DNA of 64,000 nt. Origin: Pseudothermotoga sp. Its GTDB lineage: Bacteria; Thermotogota; Thermotogae; Thermotogales; DSM-5069. Below the pieces are notes generated by a model. That model ran no database searches, was not told the origin of the DNA, and saw nothing but the letters and a program-made list of their open reading frames with translations. The stretch's first letter is position 1, and the number at the start of each line of letters is the position of its first letter. The DNA is taken from NCBI GenBank assembly GCA_041640575.1, contig JBEPZZ010000004.1, forward strand, positions 12,107 through 76,106. Direction: 5' to 3'. The translations under genes were made by a program, and so were the position numbers. Below, piece by piece: positions 29,980-41,292 of the stretch.

Positions 29980-30714
29980 ATGAAAGTCTTGAGGACTTGG
30001 AACTTGGATGGAAAACTGAATATGTCTTTGGATGTAGTACTTTCGGAGTGTGCAGAAGAACCCATTTTGAGATTTTACACATGGGCCAAACCGACACTTT
30101 CACTGGGAAGGCATCAAAAAAGGGTGGATTTAGATTTTGAATATCTGAAGAGAAAGGACTTTGACTGTGTGGTTAGACCAACAGGAGGAAGAGCTGTCCT
30201 TCACTGGGAGGAATTGACTTATAGCATAATCATTCCTGCGAACCATGAACTTTACAAAAAAACTGTTTTGGAGCGATATCTTTTGATAAGCGAATGCATA
30301 TGTACCGCACTTGAAAGCCTTGGTTACAATGTAAACCTTGAGAAAACCAAGCACTCAGCAAACACCCCAGCTTGTTTTGATTCTCCTTCAATTTATGAAT
30401 TGACAATCGATGGAAAGAAAATTGTTGGGAGCGCGCAAATGAAAACAGAAAAGGCAATCCTTCAACACGGATCAATAATCTTAAAACCACACTTGAAAGA
30501 ATATGCAAGACTTTTAAAAATAAATATGAATGCACTCGAAAACAGAATGAGTGGTTTATATGAATACAAATACATAGACATTGGAAAACTCTGCCTGGCT
30601 CTTGAAAACGAATTTGAAAAACTACTTGGCAAAGCCGTAAACTTAGTAATGAGCAATGAATTGTTCCTTAAAGCTTGGCAGCGAAGGGATGAGTTCATTT
30701 GGCTGGGAAGCTGA
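29980..30714 (+). CDS. Lipoate-protein ligase / octanoyltransferase (LplA/LipM family)
   Basis: RFYTW..PTLSLG, RPTGGRAVLH, GKKIVGSAQ, LQHGS. Confidence 0.9.
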   Translation: MKVLRTWNLDGKLNMSLDVVLSECAEEPILRFYTWAKPTLSLGRHQKRVDLDFEYLKRKDFDCVVRPTGGRAVLHWEELTYSIIIPANHELYKKTVLERYLLISECICTALESLGYNVNLEKTKHSANTPACFDSPSIYELTIDGKKIVGSAQMKTEKAILQHGSIILKPHLKEYARLLKINMNALENRMSGLYEYKYIDIGKLCLALENEFEKLLGKAVNLVMSNELFLKAWQRRDEFIWLGS

Positions 30715-31370
30715 TAATAGTTGGAACACCAATAGGTAACATGATGGATATCACGATAAGGGCTATTAAAGCGCTGAGGAATGCTGATGTAATCTTAGCT
30801 GAAGACACAAGAAGAACGTTGAAACTTTTAAAATTCTTTAGAATTGAAGGAAAACCTGTTTATTCCTATGGGGTGCACAACGAAGATAAGAGTATTCCAA
30901 TGATACTTAAAATGCTCCAAGAGGGCAAGACAATCTGCCTCGTAACTGACTCTGGAATGCCATGTGTCTCAGATCCTGGAGCTTTGCTTGTGGATGCATG
31001 CTGGAGAAAAGGAATTGAGCTTGATGTCATGCCTGGTCCAAGTGCCCTAACATCCGCACTTGCGCTTTGCGGTTTCAACGTATCTCGAGTTCATTTTGTG
31101 GGGTTTTTGCCAAGGGGAAAAAGGCGCAGAAGACTTTTTAGGAATCTAAAAGATGAGCATGGAGTTTTAGTCTTTTTCGAAGCACCTGTTAGAGTATCCG
31201 AAACCTTGAAGGAAATTCTTGAAATAATAGGAGACAACGAGATTTTCATAGCAAGGGAATTGACAAAAGCTTTTCAACAGCTTTATCGAGGAAAAGTAAG
31301 TGATGCTGTAGAATTGTTCAAGGAAACAAAAGGTGAACTTACACTTGTTCTGAAACTCCAAGGGGGTTAA
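30699..31370 (+). CDS. rsmI: 16S rRNA C1402 2'-O-methyltransferase
   Basis: GTPIGN, AEDTR, DSGMPCVSDPG, PGPSA, ARELTK. Confidence 0.94.
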   Translation: MAGKLIIVGTPIGNMMDITIRAIKALRNADVILAEDTRRTLKLLKFFRIEGKPVYSYGVHNEDKSIPMILKMLQEGKTICLVTDSGMPCVSDPGALLVDACWRKGIELDVMPGPSALTSALALCGFNVSRVHFVGFLPRGKRRRRLFRNLKDEHGVLVFFEAPVRVSETLKEILEIIGDNEIFIARELTKAFQQLYRGKVSDAVELFKETKGELTLVLKLQGG

Positions 31371-31373
31371 AGA

Positions 31374-31799
31374 ATGAGAGAAAACTTGGAAAAAATCTTA
31401 AGAGAAATCTGTTTTATTGTGAAGGTTGAAGGAAGACTAGTCCTAAAGGACTATCCAATAACACCAGCACAATTCGATCTGCTGCAAAGGCTTTATTTTC
31501 GCGGCCCAATGAGGATGACAGAACTTAGTACTAATCTTGGAATAGCAAAGAGTACTCTAAGCGGAATTGTAAAGAGACTCGAAACTATGAAGTATGTAAA
31601 AAGAGAGCGAGGGACAGACAAACGCGTTTTCCTTATCTCAATTACAAACAAAGGCGAAGAAATTGTTCAAGCCGTGATTCAAAAGAGAGTTGATTTCATA
31701 GGAAAGGTTATCGAGACGTTTGGCGAGAAGAAAACCAAACAGCTTTATTCCATACTCCTAGAATTCAAAGAAGGGATCGAAAAATGCAGAAGTTCGTAG
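31374..31799 (+). CDS. MarR-family regulator
   Basis: ITPAQFDLL, STLSGIVKRLE, DKRVFLISITNKG. Confidence 0.9.
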   Translation: MRENLEKILREICFIVKVEGRLVLKDYPITPAQFDLLQRLYFRGPMRMTELSTNLGIAKSTLSGIVKRLETMKYVKRERGTDKRVFLISITNKGEEIVQAVIQKRVDFIGKVIETFGEKKTKQLYSILLEFKEGIEKCRSS

Positions 31800-33181
31800 T
31801 TCTCATTCTGCTTGTAACCAGTATAAGTTTCGGGGTTTACATTCAAACTAATGTTCCTTACGTTGAGATAAGGCAGAACAACGTTTTGCTTGCAATAACG
31901 GACAGAAGCGGTTTTGCGAAGATCGATCTTCAGATTCCTGGCAAGGTCGTACTCTCAAAACCAGGATATTTCCCGAAGGAACTTGATATAACAAATCTAG
32001 AAGCCACCTACTATGTGCAACTGACACCTGCAGCGATTATTTTTGTTCAATCTGATCCAGATGGAGCAGAAGTTTTTCTTGATAATACAAAGATAGGCAC
32101 AACACCAATTCAATTGGATGTGTCACCTGGAGTTCATACTGTGAGAATTGAGAAAGAAGGTTTCTGCGTATACGAAGAAAAAGTTGCAGTTGAGGTGTTT
32201 GACAAAGTTCAGATTAATGTGAATCTTTCTAAGACCCCAAAAGTAAGGATAGTCTCGACCCCAACTGCAGACGTCTACATAAATGGTAGGGCTTTCGGCA
32301 AGACACCTGTGGAAGTCGAACTTAATCAAGGGAAACACAGCATTGAACTCAGAAGGGAGAACTATTTTGATTTGTCGCAAACAATAGAGGTGAATAATTT
32401 TCAAAACCAATTCTTCGAATTCACGCTTCAGCCATGCGCATATGTCAAAATCACTGCAACACCTAGTCATGCATTTGTACTGCTTGGCGATGAACGAAGA
32501 CTTCAGTCTTCAGTTTTTGGACCACTTGATTTGACCGACAAAACTTTCTTTATTGACGCACTTGGGTATAAGAGGGAAGCTATCGTTGTGAAACCAAAAC
32601 AAGGACTAAATGAACATCACGTTGTTCTTGAACCTTCCGTTTACGAGATTGATTTGCAAATTGATGGGAATGCTACTGCTACTTTGGATGGGATGATGCT
32701 TGGAGAAGGACCGAGACGCTTACGACTTAATGGGGAAATTCATTTTGTCGAAGTTCAACAAGGCAGCAAGAGATGGGCAGGGATAGTGAACCTTTCCCAA
32801 CAGACAACAATTGTGCCGGATTTCAATTACGCAACAGTTATAATGCTTGGGGATAAATTGAGAAGATACGTAATACAAAATGTGGAATACCGTCCACCTG
32901 CGATCGTCTATTTGCCAGCCGGAGTTTATAAAATCAAAGTAGATGAATCAGAAAGAACACTGGAACTTCAGGCTGGTACTGTAACCTATCTCAAACAGGA
33001 AGGTTATGGATATCTGAATGTTTTCAACTCGCTTGTTGTAGAGGCAACACTTAATTCACAATTTATTGGATTAACTCCTGTGCTATTCTATCCACTGAAG
33101 CCTGGCAGATACAACTTGAATTTTGGAGATAAGAACATTTCAGTGATTGTATCAGAAGGGCAGATTTTAGTAGTTCGATAG
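31784..33181 (+). CDS. Exported PEGA-domain protein
   Basis: Signal peptide; repeated S.P.GAEVFLD..IGTTP..PGVHTVRIEKEG units. Confidence 0.88.
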   Translation: MQKFVVLILLVTSISFGVYIQTNVPYVEIRQNNVLLAITDRSGFAKIDLQIPGKVVLSKPGYFPKELDITNLEATYYVQLTPAAIIFVQSDPDGAEVFLDNTKIGTTPIQLDVSPGVHTVRIEKEGFCVYEEKVAVEVFDKVQINVNLSKTPKVRIVSTPTADVYINGRAFGKTPVEVELNQGKHSIELRRENYFDLSQTIEVNNFQNQFFEFTLQPCAYVKITATPSHAFVLLGDERRLQSSVFGPLDLTDKTFFIDALGYKREAIVVKPKQGLNEHHVVLEPSVYEIDLQIDGNATATLDGMMLGEGPRRLRLNGEIHFVEVQQGSKRWAGIVNLSQQTTIVPDFNYATVIMLGDKLRRYVIQNVEYRPPAIVYLPAGVYKIKVDESERTLELQAGTVTYLKQEGYGYLNVFNSLVVEATLNSQFIGLTPVLFYPLKPGRYNLNFGDKNISVIVSEGQILVVR

Positions 33182-33195
33182 CGGAGGTGATTTGC

Positions 33196-34362
33196 TTGCG
33201 TAAACATTTAATATGGCTATTGGTAATTTGTTCTATGTTTGTTTTTGCGCAAGAGACACGAATTAGAGATGTTTCGCCTGTTCTTGACATTTACGAACCT
33301 GTCTCATTCGTCGTTGAAAAGCAAATAATGGAAATCGACGAAAACAACAATTTCAGAGGGGGGCTTTTGACAACTAGATTTGATATAGCCCAGTATTTGT
33401 ACAGATTGATAAAGAATTTCAAACTTGAACAACTCGTTGTAGACGTCGGCAAGTTGAAAACTGATTCAGAAAAGTTTTCAGCCAGATTTTCTGGTCTGGA
33501 ATCAGCTTACAAGGTTACCGAGGATAGACTAAAGCAGCTTGAAGCAATTTTGACCACTTTGATCACCAAAGTGGATGAGCTTTCAAGTGACTTAGCCGCG
33601 AAGATCACCAAAGAAATTCAAAGTGTTCTAGAGCAATTGGCACAAATGCAAAAATTTGAAGAGCTCTTCGACAGAATCAGTTCTTTGGAGCAACAAATGA
33701 CAGACTTGCAGAAACAAACAATGGATTTGACAAATCAACAGCAAAGTTATCAATCTAATTTACAATCTCTTTCTAATAAGATCTCACAGCTCGAAACCAA
33801 GCATGCATCGGTGGTAGATGATCTTTCAGCCTTAAAGTCAGAGGTTGGCTTACTGAAAAACAATATTGATGAACAAATTGCAACAGTTGAGAAATTGCGA
33901 AAAGATGTTGAAACCAAGATTTCCATTTCCGAGAAGCTCATGGATGATAAACTTTCAAGTGCTTTAGGCAAGTTTGACAACAATTTGAAGAACCTTGCAA
34001 GCGATCTTTCCATTCAAAGAAAAGAAGTAGCTGACTTAACCCAGAACTTGTTAGGGCTTAAAGGACAGATTGATGTGCTCCAAAGAACTATTTCTGCTCT
34101 TGAGATAAACGCGACCAAGCAACAGGTACTCGAACTCCAAGCCTTGGCAGCAGAAATAGGCAAAAAAGTTGAGCAAACAAATGTGAACCTGAAAAAAATG
34201 GAAGAAAAAATCGCTACAATGGATATCAGTGCTTTGGAGAAAAGAATCAGCGAACTTGAAATGAGACAAAAAACCATAGAAAGCGGTATCATGACAGCTT
34301 ACCTACTTGGTGGAATCAGTGTAGTTGTCGGAGTCTTGGCTTTAATCATGGCATTACAGTAA
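33196..34362 (+). CDS. Omp-alpha-like toga/periplasm-spanning protein (SLH + coiled coil + C-terminal hydrophobic anchor)
   Basis: Signal peptide, SLH-like IRDV..FRG..TRFDIAQYLYR, long heptad region, hydrophobic C-terminus. Confidence 0.75.
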   Translation: MRKHLIWLLVICSMFVFAQETRIRDVSPVLDIYEPVSFVVEKQIMEIDENNNFRGGLLTTRFDIAQYLYRLIKNFKLEQLVVDVGKLKTDSEKFSARFSGLESAYKVTEDRLKQLEAILTTLITKVDELSSDLAAKITKEIQSVLEQLAQMQKFEELFDRISSLEQQMTDLQKQTMDLTNQQQSYQSNLQSLSNKISQLETKHASVVDDLSALKSEVGLLKNNIDEQIATVEKLRKDVETKISISEKLMDDKLSSALGKFDNNLKNLASDLSIQRKEVADLTQNLLGLKGQIDVLQRTISALEINATKQQVLELQALAAEIGKKVEQTNVNLKKMEEKIATMDISALEKRISELEMRQKTIESGIMTAYLLGGISVVVGVLALIMALQ

Positions 34363-34373
34363 GGTGATTCATC

Positions 34374-35000
34374 GTGAAAAAAGCGATATTGGTCATCCTA
34401 TTGATCTGTATTTCAACTTTAACTCTGGCAAAGACAATTCATATCGTATCAAAATACGTCAAGCCAGAAAAGGATCAAGCTTATTACGAAGGAAATGTCA
34501 GAGTTGAGGTGCCTGATGACAAGCTGAGACTTGAGAGTGAAACAATGACTGTTACGAAATTTCAAAATGAGTGGAGAATAGTTGATGCAAAACAGGTGAA
34601 AGTATTCTTCGAAGACGGTGAAGCAGCTGCGAAAGCTTTACGCTACGATCTGAAACTAAAGGCAGGAACACTGAGTGAATCAATACAGGCAAAGGTTAGG
34701 GACAAAGAAAGCCAGGATGTTATTGAGGTAACTTCCGACAAAATGAGCATTGATCTTGAAAATGACGTTTTCACAGGCGAATCTTTAGGCAAGGTATTGA
34801 TAATTAAAGGTAAAATTGAGGCAAAGGCAAAGAAATTCTTATACGACAGAAAGAATGGCTTGATAAAACTTGAAGGCGAAGTTGAGCTGATCGATCTTGA
34901 GAAAAACATTAAAATGTGGGCAGACAGTGTTCAAATAACCACGGTAGATGATAAAATGGTTGCAACAAATGCCAAAGTTGAACTAGTTGTGGAGGAGTGA
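34374..35000 (+). CDS. LptA/OstA-family beta-jellyroll protein
   Basis: Signal peptide; YEGNVRVE, AKKFLYDRKNGLIKLEGEVEL repeats. Confidence 0.75.
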   Translation: MKKAILVILLICISTLTLAKTIHIVSKYVKPEKDQAYYEGNVRVEVPDDKLRLESETMTVTKFQNEWRIVDAKQVKVFFEDGEAAAKALRYDLKLKAGTLSESIQAKVRDKESQDVIEVTSDKMSIDLENDVFTGESLGKVLIIKGKIEAKAKKFLYDRKNGLIKLEGEVELIDLEKNIKMWADSVQITTVDDKMVATNAKVELVVEE

Positions 35001-36281
<1,281 letters not shown>

Positions 36282-36959
36282 TTGCCTCATATCTTTTATG
36301 CAAAGAAAACAGGCGATTTTGTCGAACTGGACGAGAGAGAGACACATCATTTGAAAGTAGTACGTCATAGAGTTGGAGATATTATCAAGGTCACGGATGG
36401 AAAAGGTGTTCTCTATGTATGTGAACTGGTAGAAGTTGGGAAAGAAAAATCCATAGCCTCAATCAAGCAGTCTAATGTAATGGAAGCGCAACAAAAGGAA
36501 GCAATAACTTTGTGTGCTGCTTCGGAGAATTGGGACAGGCTTAGATGGCTAATTGAAAAATCAACAGAGGTTGGTATCGACCGAATAGTCATCTACAAAG
36601 CTAAAAGATCTAGATCATACGTTCAAAAAAAAGACAAAATTGAGTTAATAGTCCGTGAGGCGGCAAAACAATGCGAAAGAGTTCTCTTCCCAGAGGTCAA
36701 AGTCTGCGACGAACTTGATTTTAAGGATTTAAACGGCAGAACAGTGATTCTTCACAAAAGTGGAAGACCGGCAAATATACAAGATTTCCAAGCCCCAATT
36801 ACGATTGTTGTAGGACCAGAGGGCGATTTTGAAGAGGACGAGCTTGAAAAATTTAGACAAAAAGCAGAGTTCTTGAGCCTGGGAAAAAAGATTCTGAGAT
36901 TTGAAACAGCGGCTTTTTTAGCTCTTTGCTTATCTGGATTTATTAATAGCCGCATTTGA
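36282..36959 (+). CDS. rsmE: 16S rRNA m3U1498 methyltransferase
   Basis: HHLKVVR, EKSTEVG, EAAKQC, VGPEGDF, LGKKILRFETA. Confidence 0.92.
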   Translation: MPHIFYAKKTGDFVELDERETHHLKVVRHRVGDIIKVTDGKGVLYVCELVEVGKEKSIASIKQSNVMEAQQKEAITLCAASENWDRLRWLIEKSTEVGIDRIVIYKAKRSRSYVQKKDKIELIVREAAKQCERVLFPEVKVCDELDFKDLNGRTVILHKSGRPANIQDFQAPITIVVGPEGDFEEDELEKFRQKAEFLSLGKKILRFETAAFLALCLSGFINSRI

Positions 36960-36972
36960 AAGGGGGCGCTTT

Positions 36973-37356
36973 ATGAAAAAGGGTAAGAAAGTTCTTTCAC
37001 ACGTAAAATATGAAAAAGAGCTTGAAAGTGCCTACCGTGAAAGACTTTCCTTAATCAAAAAGCCGGAAGAAATTGGAAGGGTTTTTGTCGAGTTTGCGTT
37101 AATTTTGCTTGAAAAAATTGATCAAAGAATCGACAAATCTTTTTCTGATCAGATCTTCTTCGACCCGACAAACGAAAACGGTTACCGTCTGTCTGCATCG
37201 TTGACAAATCTTTTGTCTGAACATCTTGCAAATAGCGATTTACCAGCGATTTTGAAAAGGATGGCTTCAACAGCAGCTCATAGATACAGATCATTGACAT
37301 CAGACAACGAAAGAACGAATTACTTTCGTTTGCAGGAGCGTCCGGATCAAAGATAG
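36973..37356 (+). CDS. Hypothetical protein
   Basis: 127-aa ORF with GGGGG RBS and a downstream terminator; no recognised motif. Confidence 0.75.
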   Translation: MKKGKKVLSHVKYEKELESAYRERLSLIKKPEEIGRVFVEFALILLEKIDQRIDKSFSDQIFFDPTNENGYRLSASLTNLLSEHLANSDLPAILKRMASTAAHRYRSLTSDNERTNYFRLQERPDQR

Positions 37357-37367
37357 AGAAACCATTC

Positions 37368-37401
37368 AAAAATAGCGCAGGGGTTCGACCCTGCGTTTTT
37401 T
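37368..37401. terminator. Bidirectional Rho-independent terminator
   Basis: AAAAATAGCGCAGGG-GTTCGA-CCCTGCGTTTTTT between convergent genes. Confidence 0.82.
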
Positions 37402-37415
37402 CACTACTTATCTTC

Positions 37416-38555
37416 TCATTCTTCACAATATATGCCAGTAACAAGTGATCCAAAAATCATTGCGCAACCCATTACAATAAACATCAGTCTGAATGAAATT
37501 TCAGAGAGCAAGCCAGTTATCAAGGGGCCAAACAAACTCCCAAACATGCGAACAGATGTGAGCAAACCAAGAAATTCCGCTTTTCTGTTATGTGGGGAGT
37601 TTTCAGAAACAAAGTAAGTTGCGCCATTTATAAACGCACCAAATCCCATGCCAGATACCGCATATCCAAGAAAAACCATAATGTAATCACCAGGCCTTGC
37701 AAAAGCAAACAAAAATGCACCCAGACCAGATAAAAACATTCCCATCGTTGCAACAAACTTTGACGAAATTCTTCCAACAAGCCAACCAAAAAGTAAATGT
37801 GAAGGCACCTGCATAAAGGGGTTACTTGAAGCCAAAAGCAAAGTTTGGCTCTTGGTTAGTCCAACTATTTCGTTCAGATATATACCTATTACTGCAAAGG
37901 TTCCGCCTATACCAAGCTGTCTCAAAAACGAACCCAAATACATTGCCCAGAGATTCTTCTTTTTAAGAACTGTTTTTGAAGTTATTGCTGAGAAAATTCT
38001 TTGAAGGTTCGTTCTTGTTATTTCATATTTAACATGAGGAATGCTTGGAGTTAAAGCAATCATAAACAAAGAAACCAACGAAACTGCGTACAGAATTAGC
38101 ATTACACTCGTAACGCTTGCTGAGTTCATAAGGGGAGATATGATTAATCTTCCTATGGCTAATCCAAGAGATCCGGATATGTTGGACAAAAGGATGATCA
38201 CATTTGTTCTAAACAATGTGCTTTCTATGAGTATCGCTGTGACTATCGGATCATAAGCCGATGAAAGAAACGCGAAAATAATCGCTACCAGGAAGAATTC
38301 CCATGCTTCTTTGACGAAAGAATAAAAAAGAAAGACAACAGAGCTTGCTATCAGAGGCAGCATAAGTGTTTTTTTTCTTTCCCTCATCTCATCGCTCAGA
38401 GCTCCCCAGAATGGTGCAGCTATGCTTCCCACGCCACTTGTAATTGTTGACAGGAAGCTGATTGAAAAGATGTCAATTCCTAGTTCTCTCATTTTGAACT
38501 GTAAAAGCATATCATAGTTTCCTATGGTGAAATTTCTTATAAAAGTTGAACCCAA
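37416..38555 (-). CDS. MFS transporter (true start may be ATG at 38575 across a 1-nt frameshift)
   Basis: WGALSDEMRERK, RKAEFLG..GSLFGPLITG; multiple TM segments. Confidence 0.85.
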   Translation of the reverse strand: MGSTFIRNFTIGNYDMLLQFKMRELGIDIFSISFLSTITSGVGSIAAPFWGALSDEMRERKKTLMLPLIASSVVFLFYSFVKEAWEFFLVAIIFAFLSSAYDPIVTAILIESTLFRTNVIILLSNISGSLGLAIGRLIISPLMNSASVTSVMLILYAVSLVSLFMIALTPSIPHVKYEITRTNLQRIFSAITSKTVLKKKNLWAMYLGSFLRQLGIGGTFAVIGIYLNEIVGLTKSQTLLLASSNPFMQVPSHLLFGWLVGRISSKFVATMGMFLSGLGAFLFAFARPGDYIMVFLGYAVSGMGFGAFINGATYFVSENSPHNRKAEFLGLLTSVRMFGSLFGPLITGLLSEISFRLMFIVMGCAMIFGSLVTGIYCEE

Positions 38556-38565
38556 AAGTTTGAGA

Positions 38566-40080
38566 CTATTCCCATTCGATAGTTGCTGGTGGTTTTGAGC
38601 TGACGTCGTAGACTACCCTCCCAATTCCTTTAACGCTATTCAGAATTCTTCTTGCAGCAAGATCAAGAACTTCGTGAGGAATCTTTGACCAGTCGGCGGT
38701 CATACCCTCCGAGCTATCAACAGCTCTCAGAGCAAGAACATAATCGTAAGCTCTTTTGTCCCCTCTTACACCAACGGACTTCACAGGCAAAAGTACACAA
38801 AAAGCTTGCCACACTTTTTCATACCATCCGGTTTCCTTAAGTGTCTCGATGAATAAGCTATCTGCTTCTTTCAAAATCTCAAGTTTTTCTTCCGTTACTT
38901 CTCCAATTATTCTAACGGCGAGTCCAGGGCCAGGAAAAGGATGGCGGTAAAGTATCTGCCTTGGAATTCCCAACATTTCTCCAACCAACCTAACTTCATC
39001 TTTGAAGAGGTTTCTAAGTGGTTCAACAATTTGCAAATTCATCCTTTCTGGAAGACCACCAACATTGTGATGACTTTTTATCGCAGCTGTTTTCTTTCCA
39101 GATTTTGCGCTCTCTATGACGTCCGAATAAATCGTCCCCTGAACCAGATGAGTTGCGCCATACTCTTCAGCTTGCTTCTCAAAAACTCTTATGAATTCCT
39201 CTCCAATTATTTTTCGCTTTCTTTCCGGATCTGATACACCACGCAATCTCTCCAAAAATCTCTTTCTAGCATCTATCTTTACCAAGTTGAGGCCAAGAAG
39301 TCCCTTGAAAACCTTTGGTACATCATTCTCTTCACCTTTTCTCAAAAGTCCATGATCGACAAAAATGCTCAATAAATTTTCACCAACAGCTTTATGAGTC
39401 AAAACACAGGCAACGGAAGAATCAACGCCTCCCGAAAGAGCCGCAATCACCTTTTTCTCAGCCAAAACTTCTCTAAGTTCTTCGATCTTTCTTCTCACAA
39501 AATCTTCCAGATTCCAATTCGGCGTAAGACCACAAATTTTTGCAAGAAAATTGTGCAGAATATCCCTTCCTTTGACAGTATGTCTGACCTCTGGATGAAA
39601 TTGTAAAAGCCAGAACCTCTTTCCATCGGTCGCAGCGGCAATCATCTCGTCAGTTGACTTTGCCAAAACTTTGAAACCTTTTGGCAGAACTTTAACATGA
39701 TCTCCGTGACTCATCCAAACCGTTGTCTGATCCTCTATACCTGAGAAAATTGGATCCTTCTCAAGGATTCTTATCACAGTTCTACCGTATTCAGCTTTCT
39801 GCCCTGGTTCAACCTTTCCATTCAACGAGTAAGCAACTAGTTGCATTCCATAGCATATTCCAAGAACTTTTCCATCGTACATTTCAAACCACTTTGGCAG
39901 CTTTGGAGCATCATTTTCGTAAACACTCGCTGGACCACCTGACAGTATAATTGCTTTCGCATCCTGTAGTTCAACTGGTTCATCGTATTGAACAACCTGG
40001 CTGTAATAACCAAGTTCCCTAACCAAGCGAGCTATTAATTGCGTATACTGAGAACCATAATCCACAACTAAGACTTTCAT
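38566..40080 (-). CDS. guaA: GMP synthase (glutamine-hydrolysing)
   Basis: DYGSQY, GICYGMQ, QFHPEV, SGGVDS, IKSHHNVGG, KPPATIEWE. Confidence 0.97.
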   Translation of the reverse strand: MKVLVVDYGSQYTQLIARLVRELGYYSQVVQYDEPVELQDAKAIILSGGPASVYENDAPKLPKWFEMYDGKVLGICYGMQLVAYSLNGKVEPGQKAEYGRTVIRILEKDPIFSGIEDQTTVWMSHGDHVKVLPKGFKVLAKSTDEMIAAATDGKRFWLLQFHPEVRHTVKGRDILHNFLAKICGLTPNWNLEDFVRRKIEELREVLAEKKVIAALSGGVDSSVACVLTHKAVGENLLSIFVDHGLLRKGEENDVPKVFKGLLGLNLVKIDARKRFLERLRGVSDPERKRKIIGEEFIRVFEKQAEEYGATHLVQGTIYSDVIESAKSGKKTAAIKSHHNVGGLPERMNLQIVEPLRNLFKDEVRLVGEMLGIPRQILYRHPFPGPGLAVRIIGEVTEEKLEILKEADSLFIETLKETGWYEKVWQAFCVLLPVKSVGVRGDKRAYDYVLALRAVDSSEGMTADWSKIPHEVLDLAARRILNSVKGIGRVVYDVSSKPPATIEWE

Positions 40081-40901
40081 TTTTTCACCTTCAAACCAAG
40101 AATTTCACGCGCACGTTGTGGTGTAGCTATTTTTCTTCCAAGCTCCTTTGCAATTCTTACAACTTTTTCAACAAGTTCAGCATTCGATCTAGCAAGAACT
40201 CCTTTTTCAATATAAATATTATCTTCCAATCCAACTCTAACATTTCCACCCATAGCTATGGCCATCGCGGCCATTTGAAATTGATGCCTTCCGATCCCAG
40301 CAACTGTCCAAGTTGCATCTTTTGGAAGACTATCAACCATTGTAACTAAGTTCCTTGCGTTTGCCGCTATCCCGCCCGGTACTCCCATTACAAAATCAAA
40401 GTGTAGATGACTTTCAACCAAGCCCTTTTTAACCAACTGAATAGCGTTGTTAATATGACCAAGGTCAAAACACTCAAATTCGGGCATAATCCCCTTTTCT
40501 TTCATAGCTTTTGCAAAACTTTCTACCATTGGCATACTGTTCATAAAAACGTCATTTCCAAAGTTCACTGTTCCTGTAGTTAACGTTGCCATATCTGGAT
40601 CCGCTTCCAAAGATTGCAATCTTTCTTCTGGTGTCATCCAAACTGCTCCACCCGTCGACACTTGGACGATAATATCTTCGCATTTTTCTCTTATCAAATT
40701 GACGACTTTTTTGAAAATTTCTGCATTTTGAGTTGGATTCCCATTCTCGTCTCTCACATGTAAATGAACAATTGAAGCACCAGCCATATAAGCATCATAC
40801 GTTTGCTGCGCAATCTCTTCAGGAGTTATTGGTATATACGGCGTATCCTTTCGTGTCACTTCTGCTCCACACACCGCAACAGTTATTATAAGTTCATCCA
40901 T
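40077..40901 (-). CDS. kce: 3-keto-5-aminohexanoate cleavage enzyme (BKACE/DUF849)
   Basis: [32 protein letters not shown]; adjacent to kal. Confidence 0.88.
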   Translation of the reverse strand: MDELIITVAVCGAEVTRKDTPYIPITPEEIAQQTYDAYMAGASIVHLHVRDENGNPTQNAEIFKKVVNLIREKCEDIIVQVSTGGAVWMTPEERLQSLEADPDMATLTTGTVNFGNDVFMNSMPMVESFAKAMKEKGIMPEFECFDLGHINNAIQLVKKGLVESHLHFDFVMGVPGGIAANARNLVTMVDSLPKDATWTVAGIGRHQFQMAAMAIAMGGNVRVGLEDNIYIEKGVLARSNAELVEKVVRIAKELGRKIATPQRAREILGLKVKK

Positions 40902-41292
40902 CTTTCTTCACCTTCCTTTGCTTATCCTTAGGCACAACACAAACAGCAATTGCCCTAGCAACCAAAACCGGCGGATCCAATACATCGCAAGCTGATTCTT
41001 GACCAGGTATTCTTGCATTTGTTATAATTTTGTACACCTCAAACGTCATCTTTCTTGAAGTATTGCCGACTTCGGTTATCTGGCCGTGAATTTCCAGAAA
41101 ATCTCCTGCGAAAACTGGTTTTAGAAATTCAACCGATTCATAAGCCCTCAATAAACCTTCATCACCATCATGTCTTATCAAAAGTTCAGTTGCAACATCA
41201 CCCATCAATTGCAATAGCTTTGCTCCGTCAACAAGTCCACCGGCATAATGTGCGTCATGTTCGCTCATTCTTACTCTTAGAAAGGCTTTCAT
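40894..41292 (-). CDS. kal: 3-aminobutyryl-CoA ammonia-lyase (hotdog fold)
   Basis: [44 protein letters not shown]. Confidence 0.88.
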   Translation of the reverse strand: MKAFLRVRMSEHDAHYAGGLVDGAKLLQLMGDVATELLIRHDGDEGLLRAYESVEFLKPVFAGDFLEIHGQITEVGNTSRKMTFEVYKIITNARIPGQESACDVLDPPVLVARAIAVCVVPKDKQRKVKKDG

